Source: the human T2T-CHM13v2.0 reference genome, Homo sapiens
Direction: 5' to 3' (one strand)
DNA length: 64,000 nucleotides
Assembly (NCBI RefSeq): GCF_009914755.1
Contig: NC_060944.1
The notes under the pieces were generated by a model. It was given only the letters and a program-made list of their open reading frames with translations. It ran no database searches and had not been told where the DNA came from. Every line of letters starts with the position of its first letter. Position 1 is the first letter of the stretch. Both the position numbers and the translations under genes were made by a program. Below are positions 25,380 to 40,002 of the stretch, piece after piece.

Positions 25380-25662
25380 TTTTTTGAGACAGGGTCTCAC
25401 TCTGTCACCCAGGATGAAGTACAGTGGCATGATCATGGCTTACTGAAGCCTCAAGTTATCCTCCCACCTCAGTCTCCTGAGTAGCTGAGACCACAGGCAT
25501 GTACCAACACACCCATCACACCCATCTAAATTTTTAAACATTTTTTGTAGTGATGGGATCTCCCTGTGTTGCCCAGGCTGGTCTCAAGCTCCTGGGCTCA
25601 AGTGATCCTCCTGCCTCGGCCTCCCAAAGTGCTGGGATTACAGGTGTGAGCCACCACACCCA
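25380..25662 (-). mobile_element. AluJ
   Basis: GAGACAGGGTCTCAC...CTCCTGGGCTCAAGTGATCCTCC...GAGCCACCACACC. Confidence 0.9.
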
Positions 25663-27089
25663 AACTGAATTTTTTAATTTATATTTTTCAGATTTGTTAC
25701 TGTACCCTTCTTGCCATTGAGTACTTAATTTCTCCATCATTGTTTCTTGGAGTTTTAATATCGAAATGCTTCATTATATTGTTCAATAATGCAGAATGTT
25801 TGAATTTAACATAGAGATTTTTAGGCCCATAGGCTGAAATAAGTCATCAAAAGATGGAAAAACATATGGTGATGAGGCATGTCATACATGCCAAGCAGGA
25901 TTGGAGGAAGCTGGAGAACTTGAAGCCATTCAGGGACAAGAAGATTAGCGAGAGGATTTCAAAGAAGTTTGGAGCCCCAAGTCATAAGAAATAAACACAT
26001 GATTCCTTATCTCAGACTTTACTAGTGAAAGAAAAAATAAAAAACAAGCTCTCTTTCCTAGGGATATAAATTATCCTATGACAAATAGAAAGTGAAATTC
26101 TGTAGGTTATTTTCATAACAGACCTTCCAGAGAATTTGCTGATGACTGGAAAAGGGGAAAATGCAGGAAAAAAAAGGTATAAATCCTAAGAGTTTCTAAA
26201 GTAGCCAAACAAGGCAGGAAAATGTCTAATCTTATTGTGCAAAAGGGAGGTGGAATCTGTGTGGAAGAAACAGTAATATAAAAATAATGGTACATGTTCT
26301 CATCTGTGTAATGCTCAATCATTTCCAGTATGCCCTCACCTGGCCACCTGTAGGAGTATAGCATCCTACAGCAGAATGGGACGTGTGTTTGGCTGAGGCC
26401 TGACTCTCGCCCCTTATAGTTTATGACAAGAGTATTGGGGCCAAGCAGGGAAGAAACATGGAAGAAACATCTCATTCTAGGGCCCACAGTGAATTATGGC
26501 CACTGCCGGGACAGAGCCAGAATCATCTCAGGATAGGTATCTTTTACCCACAGATTTCTGCCTCAGGATTGTGGATGAACTTGAAGGTCCCTGTCTTAGC
26601 ACCTGAAATTCCATCAGCAGAAGCTCAGCGTGCCATAGTTTGCATAGAACAGAAGCAGGAAATCTTAATGATGAACTCTACTTACATCCCTTTAATGGGA
26701 TCATGGAACTGGTAGGCAAGAAGCCTAGATTGTATCTTGCAAATTTAGAGCCAAATCTTACTGAAAGGAATGAGGGAATATAGATGAGTAGTGACTACTT
26801 TATTTTTCTACAACACTGTTTCCTTTTTGAGTCCTGATTCTGCTGACATGGCACGGAACTTTAAGCTCAATGGTTTAGGTGTTTCTTTCCCTTCCTGGGG
26901 TTGTATCAACATTCCTGGAAGTTTGTGTGGAACTAGGCCTGGGTGAAAGGGACCCAGCTGTTCCTTGAACCTAAGTCTGCTTTGCTGTGTCCTTCATTCC
27001 TATCTATGTGGCCTCTCAGGTCTAGCAAACCTCCTGCTGCTTTGGTGGCTTGCTTAGGGCATAGTAAGCCACTAGGACTCCATGTTTCT

Positions 27090-27390
27090 ATGACCAGGCA
27101 GTGGACTGAATTTGTTCCACAGACGCATTTTATTTAGCCCACAAAGTTTTAAGAATCTGGAAATTTTATTTGAATAATGTAGTTTTCAGATTTCTCTTGA
27201 AAAATGGGAAATACTGTAACTCAGTGCCTGCATTCTTGCATAGGAGCAGCCAGCTGGCTGGGGCTGTGCCTTTGCATAGGGCATTGCTGTGCCTTTGCAT
27301 GGGGCATTGGCTCTCCAGGCCCACACAGGCCCCTCCAGTGTCCATTGGATTCCACCTAGCTTCCTTCACCCACTTGAGTTTTTTGCATGA
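27090..27390 (+). mobile_element. MER102-like hAT element containing a 23-bp tandem duplication (27264-27309)
   Basis: CAGATTTCTCTTGAAAAATGGGAA...CTGCATTCTTGCAT...CAGCTGG. GCTGTGCCTTTGCATRGGGCATT occurs twice. Confidence 0.6.
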
Positions 27391-27565
27391 TGCCTCCACG
27401 CTGCACACCCACATTCTCTCTCTGGAGTTTGTCCCTCTCTGAGTGGCTTCTTTTGAAAGATTGTCTTGGGCCCCTGTACTCCTGGGCCTTCAGATCTTCC
27501 TTTACTTATCGCCTCTTCCCTTTTCTCTTTCCCCCAGTCAAAAAGAAGCTTTTGCAGTCTGGGCA

Positions 27566-28286
27566 TGGTGGAGAGGAGCTCTTTTCATTCACTGTGCTTC
27601 TCTCTAACACTTTGTCTGTACCCCTGATTATGGCCTCCACTTCAGATGCCAGTCACACATCCAGGCTTCCCGTATTTCTGACCAACCAGCTGATCAGAGG
27701 TTCCCACGACACTCTCCTCGGGTTTGATATTTTATTAGAATGGATCACAGAACTCAGGAAGACACTTTACTTAATATGACCAATTTATTACAAAGGACAC
27801 AATTCAAGAATGGCCAGACAGAAGAGATGCATGGGGCAGAAAGAGGCATGAAGCTTCCAAACCTTCTCTGGGAGCGCCACACTCCTTGTACCTGCATGTG
27901 CTCAGCACCCCTGAAACTCTCTGCACTCCATTGTGTAGGGTTTTTATGGAGGTGTCATTAAATAGGCATGATTGATTAAGTCATTGGCCTTTGGTGATTG
28001 AATTCAATCTACAGCCTATCTCCCCTCCATGGAGGTTGGAAGGTGGGGCTGAAAGGTGCCAACCCTCTCATCACATGGTCGGATCCTCTGGCAACCAGAC
28101 CTCATCCTGAAGCTATTTAGGGGCCCATCAAGAGTAATCCTATTAGCATAATCTCAGGTGTGGTTAAAGAGCCTTATTATGAATAACCAAAGAGGTTCTT
28201 CTTACTCCTATCACTCAGGAGCTTACAAGAGTTTTAGGGAGCTCTGTGCCAGGAACTGGGGACTGAATATATATTTGTTATATCAC
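27566..28286 (-). mobile_element. MER21C-type LTR
   Basis: CACAGAACTCAGGAAGACAC, AGGCATGATTGATTAAGTCATTGGCC, GAGTTTTAGGGAGCTCTGTGCCAGGAAC, ending TATCACA. Confidence 0.75.
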
Positions 28287-28374
28287 ACTATCAGTTTTGA
28301 AATTCAAAATGGCACAATCAAGATTATTCCTGTTTTCTCCCTTAACACACTCCTTCTCTGAGTCAATGAGTACA

Positions 28375-28784
28375 TCTGTGCGGAGTGTCTCCCATTTGCC
28401 CTCCAGACCCACTCTTCCCATCTTTCCCATTCTCTCTGCCTGGAGAGCTGATCTGTATGGACTGTCTCAATGGACTTCTCTGCCTTCTGGCTTCTTTTTG
28501 GGTTTGGTCAATGGGCAGCTCTCCCAGGCAGTCTAAGGTAAAGAGGAGAGTAAAGGTGAGGTGTTTGCTTTTTGTGATTGTCTACATGTGCTGGGAACTA
28601 CACTTTCTTTTCAAGCCTTTTGGCTTGAAAATGTTAACAGTGCCTGCTTGCTAACTTCAGGGAATGTCACTAGCTCTGGGGGTTGCTACAGCCTTCCCAC
28701 ATCTTTGTAAATAGTCTCTATTAAACACTCAAATTACTCTGTTTGAAAGTGCCATTTATTTCCTCTTGGGACTCTCACAGATAA
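28375..28784 (+). mobile_element. LTR33-like ERVL LTR
   Basis: GCCCTCCAGACCCACTC...TCTGGCTTCT...GGGTTTGGTCAATGGG...CTTTGTAAATAGTCTCTATTAAAC. Confidence 0.6.
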
Positions 28785-29309
28785 AACGTTATGTGCAGTT
28801 GTTTATCCATAGAAATATTTAATAATATTTATACAGATTTTAAGTTTTGTCTAAAAATACATTCAATGTTAAAATGCAGCATCTGAACCTTATGTCAATG
28901 TAAGAGTTTTCTACAAAACAGTCATATGTGGTTCAAAACACAAGAGGCTGAATTGAAGCTTTTTAACTCCTACATCACAACCTTTTAACACACAAGGAAT
29001 CCTGAGTGCACCAGTTTCTAAGAGAACCTAACAGTACTAAAGATGATCTAGAAAAAGAAAAGAAAAGAAAAGAAATGGGGATGAATTGTCTGAGGAAGAA
29101 TTGTCAGTAACAAGTTCATCATGGCCGTCACCCTGCAGAAGACCCTAATCAGAAAACACAGCTTCACGCAGCTAAATTTTTAATGCTCTTCTAAATAATG
29201 TCTGAGGTTAGAATGTCAGCTTGGGAATCCCAAACATCCAGTAAAATGGGACACCTTTGCCACCTCTGTGAGAGTGTTCTGACCTTGTCTGTGTTTTTCT
29301 CCCCTTCAG

Positions 29310-29330
29310 TTCACTCAGCAACACAGGGAG
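29310..29330 (+). other. Candidate 21-nt microexon (or end of a first exon); host gene unknown
   Basis: CTGAC branch motif 29279-29283, polypyrimidine tract ending CAG, 21 nt, then GAG|GTGAGT. Confidence 0.35.
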
Positions 29331-31544
29331 GTGAGTAAAGGATTTGGCAGCACATTTGAGGCCCGGGGGAGAAAGAGTGCTTGCAGGCATGTCTCCACGT
29401 TGCGCGGAAAACATGATGTTTAGCTGTTGAAACTATTGTGAAACTTGGCTTTCTTCCTTAGTTTGCCTTTTTAATAAATTCCTAAATCATGATTTGATTC
29501 ATAAATTACAAATATATGGTGTTTGTACATGTGAAATACAAGATCATAACCATGGAGAAAGGCCACCATTACCCATAGATTTTTAATCAAACAAATTGGT
29601 TTATTCTGATGTTTCTCTGATAATTTCTCTCCAGACCAGGGTTTTTTTTTTTTTTTTTTTTTTTTTTCCCTTTCTGATAACACACCACACTTTTGGACTA
29701 TCTACACAAATAGCTATGAAAAATGGCCTTGTTATAACTGAGGGAACTTCATTATATTGAAGTGCTTTTTGAAAAATATTCTAAAATATGAAAACTGGCC
29801 ATCCGAACAGGAGAGCAGTATTTCTGAGGGTGTTCTGCTGGCTCGCCTCTCCACGTCTGACCTGTCTTCTTTGTGAGCTCTGAATCTTCCTGTCACCTCT
29901 TCAACAGCAGTGTGTTCTGCAAGTCCAGCCTTCTCCTCTCTGTGGCGTCCTTTCGGAGATCATCTGTACGCTCAAGGCTTCAGTTAATTACTTGAATAAT
30001 GTATATATTTAAGCATCTTCTTCGCCTTTTTCTCTTCTGTTTTAGGTCTTCTCAGACTCCTCCTAGAACAATATAGAATAAATGCCACATAAGGTAAAAA
30101 TTAAAAAATACATATATATATATAAGAAATTCAAATAAACTGTTTTGTAAAAGTAAGAGACAACATATGGATCAGTAATTTAAAAATATATCTCCGAACC
30201 TTCCCACATGATGACTTCTAAAGCTATAACTCTTACCTCGTAGTCTCTTTTGAACATAAGTTTTGCAAAAAGAATGGTCCCCAAAACCAAAACATTTCAC
30301 GCACATGTTCTTCCATTACCGCAGATTTACCATGACCAAGATTAAACCCAATGAGAACATCTTCCTACCAAAACCCTTTAGACGGTCTGTTTCTGTCTGT
30401 GACACAATTACTCCCAGTAAACAAGTGTCACGTCTGTGTTTTTGCACATGTGTACCTAGGTATGTGTGCGCACACACACATGCATGTATGTATTAAGAAA
30501 GGAGTTAGTGTTTATTGTTTTAACCCCACTTCTTACTCTGGCTGTCCGTTCCCAGTCAGTTTCAAATCTTGGATTCTTCTTTTGAAATGACTCTTAAAGT
30601 CCCCCTTCTTCTCCATTCCAGTTGTGTTTCTTTTAATCCCAGGCTACAGTCCCCTCACTTCTGGACTATCACAACACCTGTCCAGTTGGCCTCTCTGTCT
30701 ACTCTTTCCACGCCTAGGTTATAAATTACTCAGTTGTAGCTATTATACCTCATAACTTTCTGTTCCTTGACTTTGCTAATGCTTTCCTTCTGAAAAGGAA
30801 TTTATTAATCTGGGCTGTTGGTCCTGTTCCTCTTAACATTTTGTCAACTATACTTCAATTACTTGCATCTGATTAACAGCTGCTGTGACTTTCCCTAAAG
30901 TAGAACATATTTCTTTATGTCTCTTTGATAACTCACTGCATTCATTGGTTGCCCTTGGCTGAAAAGCACATTGCTTATCAATGTGTTTTGTTCACAATGA
31001 TCTGGCAGCCCAAGCATGATATTTAATGTAATTGATGTCTCTTATTTACTAATGGATGTTACATCATCATTATTTAGAAAATTTGCTACTGAATTGACAT
31101 CTGATTGAGGATACGTGATTGAGGTTAAGAGCCTGTGAATGTTTGGAGAATACTTGTTTATAGTATGTACTGTGCAGTGTGGTGTGCTATCTACAGGCTG
31201 CAGCTGGCGTTTCCTTCTGTTAATATTCTGTACTTGATGTGGCTAAGTAGGCACTGAGATGCTCAACTTCAGTGTTTCCTCCTACCTACTGAAGGACAAA
31301 ACACTTACTGGCAGCAATCATCTGATGCAATGTAAGTAAGAATGAAAAAAATACAGGACACTTATGGAATTATATAAGATAAAAATTAGTATGATACACC
31401 CATATTTTTAACTCATTTGTGTCAGGGTAGTTTTAAATGAAAGTGTTATTCTAAATATGGAGAATCTAAAGATCTATGTAGTTTTAATAATTTATTATAA
31501 GAGAACTTGAGTTAGAGGCTTTGGAGTGTCAGTCATTAAAGTTT

Positions 31545-32305
31545 ACTAATTATTCTAGCCACCCTGCCCCTCCAATTCTGGGTATATGGTAAGACTGCAT
31601 TTACTGGAGCTCTTCTGATTGGACAGAGTTTACAACCAGTTTTACCCACTGAGTTGTGAGTAGCAGTGGCTAAGGCTTTTATTACAGTGCGATTAGGTTT
31701 CCTTTGCTTTCATTGCAACGTGATGAGGTTTCCTTTGCTTTTATTACAATGTGATGAGGTTTCCATTGCCACCATGGCTAGCAATGATCTTCACAGTGGC
31801 TATTCTGTCAGCCTGGGACCCACAGTGAAGACATTATGGAACAGAGTTTAGCCACCTGTCACTAGACATGAACAAGAAAAAAGAAATACATAATTTTTTT
31901 AAAGGGCTGGGCATGGTGGCTCACACCTGTAATTCCAGCACTTTAAGAAGCCGAGGCAGGCAGATCACTTGAGGCCACGAGTTCAAGAACAGCCCGGCCA
32001 ACATGGTGAAACCCTGTCTCTAGTAAATAAATAAATAAATAATAAAAAATTAGCCAGGTGTGGTGGTGGGTGCCTGTAGACCCAGCTGCTCAGGAGACTG
32101 AAGCATGAGAATTGCTTGAACCCAGGAGGCAGACGTTGTAGTGAGCCAAGATCAGATTGTGCCACTGTACTCCAGCCTGGGTGACAGAGCAAGACTCCAT
32201 CTCAAAAACAAACACACAAACAAACAAAGCTTCGTGGTTTGAAGCCACTGATATGTAAAGGAGTTTTGTTACCACTGCATAACCTAGTCCCTCCTGACAG
32301 ATACA
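31545..32305 (-). mobile_element. MLT1-type MaLR LTR split by an Alu, containing a 3 x 31-bp tandem repeat (31675-31767)
   Basis: AAGACTGCATTT...TCAGCCTGGGACCC...TTTGAAGCCACTGA...TTTGTTACCACTGCATAACCTAG...CCTGACAGATACA. Strand uncertain. Confidence 0.6.
31904..32228 (+). mobile_element. AluS with (TAAA)n linker and (CAAA)n tail
   Basis: Full dimeric Alu. Confidence 0.92.
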
Positions 32306-33588
32306 CTTGGTGTGATTCTGGTTATCTCTTTGACTGTTTCATCTCATGTAGGTTACTTAATCCTCTCATTCTTTTTACTTTTCTGTAAAAAAAAAAAATG
32401 AGTATAGTATCTACGTGCCTACCTTACAGGGTTATTATAAAGACCAGATTAGATAATGATGTATGTGAACGTGTTACACAAATAAATATACATACATATA
32501 AAATATCATTATTATTTTCTATGCAATCAGATAAACTTCTCCAGTAATGAACTATAGAAACGATTCCTGAAAGAGTAGCCTTTAAAATATTATTTTTAAG
32601 TGGTATTCATTTTTGGAGCTTAAAAATGGTTCTTCATTTTAAACATAATTTATGCTGGTGCTAAGTCTAAAGCATAAAGAAGGATAAATGTATAAGAAAA
32701 ATCTTTCACCTCAACATACCCCCATCCACATTCTCAATTATAGATGTGCCTACTGTTAAAAATTTCTTATGAATAATCATAGCAGTATTTTTAATACATA
32801 ATGTTTTTCAACATTGTTCTGTCACTTAACAGTATATTTTGAACATTTTTCTCATTTTTTTTCTTTTTAATGGTTTCATGATACTCTACTGGATAAATGA
32901 ACAGTGCATTATATACTTTTTCAATCAAAATTTTCTTTTTAAAATTTTTCTTTGAAAAAATGAATAACCCTTATCACTTAACACAGCTTAAATTATTTTT
33001 TTTAATGTCCAAAAGAAAGAACATTATAGGAACAGATATAATACATGCCACTGTCTTTGTGATGGGAAGTAAAAACAGGATAATAGTAATATTTATGATG
33101 TGGAATGATAAACAGTAATGCCTATAGAGATCAGGGAGATAAATTAGTAAAATCAGAGATGTGGGCTAAGGAAAAGCATTGCAAGGAGAGAGAAGGGTAG
33201 GAAGGGAAAGAAAGAGGGAGAAGAAGAAAGAGAAGAGGGAGGGAGAGGAAGAGAAAAAAGAGGAGAGAGACTTGTTGCCACCAAGAAAATACATGTCTTT
33301 CTAAAGGCAGCTGCTACTCAGCTGAAGTCCACTGTTTTCAATAACAATTCTATCTCATCATTGGCAAATATTATTTTTCAAGAGAAGTAAAAAAAAATCA
33401 ATATATGTATGATTTTGATTATTTAAAGTGAGAAGCTAAATCAGAAACTTTATTTTTAATGCATAAGCCAAATTACATTTGTTATTTGGGGCAACCAGAT
33501 ATAGTCAAGGCATAGTGTGCTACCCTCTAAGATAAAAAATATAATACAGGCACAGAGTTTTAACGTGTCTTAAAGAATATAGCTACAT

Positions 33589-33918
<330 letters not shown>

Positions 33919-34455
33919 TCATAATCTACCTGTGTTTCATACCATAGAAAGCTTCCTGCCTCTAAGCATGTTTTCATAAACCTACACAACCAGCTTCAGT
34001 TAGCAGAAATCCTTAAGAAACAATATTTTAGTGTAATTTTATTTCCAGTCTGTCTTGTGCTCTAAAGCTCTTAACAATCATACAAAAGGAGCTTTTGATG
34101 ATTCTCTCTTTGACTTGCCATTTACCACCTCTTTCCATATCAGAAATCAAAGTGGAATTATGCATGTTAATATGGTTGTAATTTGACTTTCATATGGTAC
34201 TGACTAAAAAGCACTCAATACAGCATACCACATTGGTGTAAAAGCAAATATTTTATTAAAGAATTTTGAAAAGCACATAATTTATCTCCATACTTTTTTC
34301 ATAATTGATTAGTTGTACAACATGCATTTTGATAAATTCAATTACAAAATAAAAATACTCGATACTCATATATAAAAAGTAACATAATTTTAACATTTTT
34401 GTCTATTTACATTGGATGTTTAACACTGTTGTCTTTTTACACTTTCTATTTAGGT

Positions 34456-34568
34456 CTTTTTTTTTTTTTTTTTTTTTTTTTTTGAGATGGAGTCTTGCTC
34501 CGTTGCCCAGGCTGGAGTGCAGTGGCATGATCTTGGCTCACTGCAAGCTCCGCCTCCTGGGTTCACGC
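34456..34568 (-). mobile_element. Heavily 5'-truncated AluY with long poly(A)
   Basis: Poly(T), then GAGATGGAGTC...CTGCAAGCTCCGCCTCCTGGGTTCACGC. TAGGT on both flanks. Confidence 0.9.
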
Positions 34569-35207
34569 TAGGTTTCTTCTTAAATGACCTAAATGACATG
34601 AGAGATGCAGGCTGCAGACATTTTTTAAAGTAGTGAAATGCTTGCTCTAGAGAGTGTTTTTAAGCCTAGGTTGCTTTAATTAATAAAACTTGTCATATAT
34701 CTCAAAGAAGGGAAGGTATGTGAAAAAAAAAAAAATTCATCCCTGATGTAAGGTTGAATGCATAATTATTTATACATATATGTAAATTAGAATAAAGATG
34801 ACTCTTGGTTGACTCAAAGGGTGTTCAAAATTGGAAGTTATTCTTTTATGGAAGGATTTTATTATAAAATGTAAAATTATGGTTGAACAAAGAGGTTTTG
34901 TTCCATTTGGTTATACATGCTGAGAAAATTCTTCATTTTTTTAATAAGTCTGAATATCTCCTTTCCAAACTTGGTAATTTTCTGGAGTCTAATAATAACT
35001 GAAATCCCTTTTTAAAAACCTGCCAAGAGAACCCACTTTTCTGTCTGATTTAACTAATGTAAGTATTAGATTTAATCTGTTTAGTTAGGGAAAAATTAGT
35101 TTGTGACCGCAAATGGCTGTCTGCATTAGTTATATCCAAATGAACAGAGTCATTTTTGGAACATTTTTTGATATCCATTTTTCGTTTACTTGGCTAGTTT
35201 CCCCCAA

Positions 35208-35970
<763 letters not shown>

Positions 35971-36204
35971 TATACCATCTTTTTATAATCTTCAAGGAAT
36001 TTTCTTAAATCACCTGACTGAGTTCCTTCTCCGTGCTCATTCTGTGCTTGCTGCATTCATCTGTCTTGTAATTTACAACACCATATTAAGGCTAGATATT
36101 TATATGTTTGTCACGGTCCTCAAACTGTGTGTGCTCCTTGAGGTTCCAGGGAATTAGCCATCTATCTTTGTGTTCTCTGTGCCTAGTGTGATGGGTGGCA
36201 TATA

Positions 36205-38591
36205 CAGGCATCGCTTGTTTTATTGTGTTTTGCTTTATTGTGCTTTGCAGATATTGTGTCTTTTTACAAATTGAAGGTTTGTGGCAACCTTGTATTGAGC
36301 AAGCCTATTGGCACCACTTTTTAAAGAGCATGTGCTCACTTTGTGCTCCTGTGTCACATTTTGATAATTCTCTCAATATCTCAAACTTTTTTGTTATTCT
36401 TATCTATTTTATAGTGATCCGTAGTCAGTGATCTTTGACATTACTATTGTCATTGTTTTGGGGTGCCACAAACTGTGCTCATAAAAGGTCACAAACTTAA
36501 TTAATCAATGTGTGTGCTCCGACTGCTCCACTGACCTGTCATTCCCCTGTCTGTCTCCCTCTCCTGGAGCCTCCGTATTCCCTGAGACATGACAATATTG
36601 AAACCGAGCCAGTTAATAACTCTACAATGGCCTTTAAGTGTTCAAGTGAGAGAAAGAATTGCAGGTTTATGTTAAATCAAAAGCTAGAAATGATTCGGCT
36701 TAGTGCGGAAGGCATGTTGAAAGCAGAGACAGCCAAATGCTAGGCCTCTTGTGCCAAATAGCCAAGTTGTAAATGCAAAGGAAAAGTTCTTGAAGGAAAT
36801 TAAAACTGCTATTCCAGTGAACATAAGAATGATAAGAAAGTGAAACAGCTTTATGGGAGATATGGAGAAAGTTTTAGTGGTCTGGACAGAAGATCAAACC
36901 AGGCACATTTCCTTAAACCAAACCCTAATCCAGAGCAACGCCCTAACTCTCTTCAGTTCTGTGAAGTTTGAGAAAGCTGAAGAAGCTGCAGAAGAAAAAT
37001 AGGAAGCTAGCAGAGGTCGGTTCCTGAGATTTAATGAAAGAAGCCATCTCTGTAACATAAAAGCGCAGGTAAAGCCGCAAGTGCTGATGTAGAAGCTGCT
37101 GTAGCCAGTTATCCAGATCTAGCTAAATTTACTGATGAGCGTGGCTATACCAAATGACAGATTTTCAACGTAGATGAAACAGCGTTATATTGGAAGAAGA
37201 TGCCACTTGGGATGTTCATCACTAGAAAAGAGAAGTCATAGGTTGGCCTCAAAGCTTCAAAGGGCAGGCTGAGTCTATTGTTAGGAGCTAATGCAGTGGG
37301 TGACTTTAAGTTGCAGCCAGTGCTCATTGGCCATTTTGGAATTTCTATCGTCCTTAAGAATTATGCTAAATCTACTCTTCCTGCACTCTATAAAAGGAAC
37401 AAGAAAGCCTGGATGACAGCACATCTGTTTACAGCATGGTTAACTGAATATTTTAAGCCCACTGTTAAGACCTACTGCTGATTAAAAAAAAAAGATTATT
37501 TTCAAAATATTATCGCTTATTAACAATGCATCTGGTAACCCAAGAGCTGTACTGGAGATATACAAAGAGATTGGCATTGATTATGCCTGCTAATACAACA
37601 TTCCTTCTGCAGCCTATGGATCAAGGAGTAAGTATGACTTTCAAGTCTTATTATTTAAAGAATACATTTTGTAAGGCCATAGCTGCCATAGATAGTGATT
37701 CCTCTGACAAATCTGGGCAAAGAACATTGAAAACCTTCTGGAAAGGATTCACCATTCTAGATGTTATTAAAAACATTTGTGGTTTATGGGAGGAGGACAA
37801 AATATCAACATGAACAGGAGCTTGGAAGAAATTGATTTCAACTCTTATGGATGACTTTGAGAAGTTTAAGAGTTCAGTGGAGAAAGTAACTGCAAATGTG
37901 GTGGAAATAGCAAGAGAACTTGAATTAGAATTGGAGCCTAAAGATGTGACTGAATTGGTGCACTCTTGTGATGAAACTTGAATGGATGAGGGAATTGCTT
38001 CTTACGGATGAGCAAAGAAACTGGTTTATTGAGATGGAATCTGCTCCTGATGAAGATGCTGTGAACATTGTTGAAATAACAACAAAGGATTTAGAATATT
38101 CCGTAAATTTAATTGATAAAAGTAGTGGCAGGGTTTGAAAGGATTGACCCTGATTTTTAAAATAAATTCTACTGTGTGAAAAATGCTATTAAATAGCATT
38201 GCATGCTACAGAGAATTTTTTGTGAAAGAGTCAGTTAATTGGCTAACTTCTTTGTTGTCCTATTTTAAGAAATTGCCACAGCCACCCCAGCCTCAGCAAC
38301 CACCACCCTGATCAGTCAGCAGCCATCACCATAGAGGCAAGACTCCCCACTATCAAAAAAATTTCAGCTCACTGAAGACTCAGATGATTATTAGTGTTTT
38401 TTAGTAATAAAGTATTTTTTAAATTAAGGTAGGTACATTATTTTTTAGATATAATGCTATTGCACCCTTAATCAGCTACAGTATACTACACACACAACTT
38501 TGATATATACTAGGGAATAAAAAAATGTGTGTGACTCATTTTATTGTGGTGGTCTGGAATTGAACATGTTAATATTGCTGAGATATGCCTG
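36205..38591 (+). mobile_element. Near full-length Tigger1 (pogo-like) DNA transposon with a disrupted transposase, inserted in an L2 3' end
   Basis: TA|CAGGCAT...ATGCCTG|TA, 2387 bp. Transposase remnants MAFKCSSERK (ATG 36627), [25 protein letters not shown] and LQPMDQGV, with stops and frameshifts. Confidence 0.95.
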
Positions 38592-38698
38592 TATTAGGTG
38601 CTCAGTAACAGCACTCCACTGTAGTACAAAATGTCATTTACCACATTACAGAGGGAGAATAGATCACATTTAGCACCTTAGCTTACCTATACCCACAA

Positions 38699-39184
<486 letters not shown>

Positions 39185-39600
39185 TAAGATATATAATGTA
39201 AATTTTAAGGGCATGGTAATATAATACAAACAAATCATCAGGAGTGAGGATTCCTGGTTTTTAATTCCAATCCAGGACCTAACCGGCTGGCTGTGTTTCA
39301 GTTCACCCATCAATCTCTGGGTCTTGGTTTTCTCATCTAAAAGCATGAAGGTTGAGTGAGATTATTGTCTCTGGTTCAGAAGTGGCCTAATGGTTTACAA
39401 GAAGACTGAACAGATGTATTTTCTCCCCCTCTTTCTTCAAATGCATTGAAATGACAGTGAAGAATTATAGCGGAGAACAAATACATGACAGGAAGGTAAA
39501 TTGGGAGGCGGGGATGGGAAGGGAGGATCATCAGACCAGAGTTATGAATTTAATTTTTGATTAAGGAGAATGGATGGAATATTGTAATGGATAATATTAA

Positions 39601-40002
<402 letters not shown>

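Noticed and set aside
31197-31331. Possible exon CTACAG|...AAT|GTAAGT
   Set aside because: Poor polypyrimidine tract and stops in all three frames. Not supportable without RNA data.
39503-39523. G-quadruplex motif GGGAGGCGGGGATGGGAAGGG
   Set aside because: A single common motif with no supporting context.
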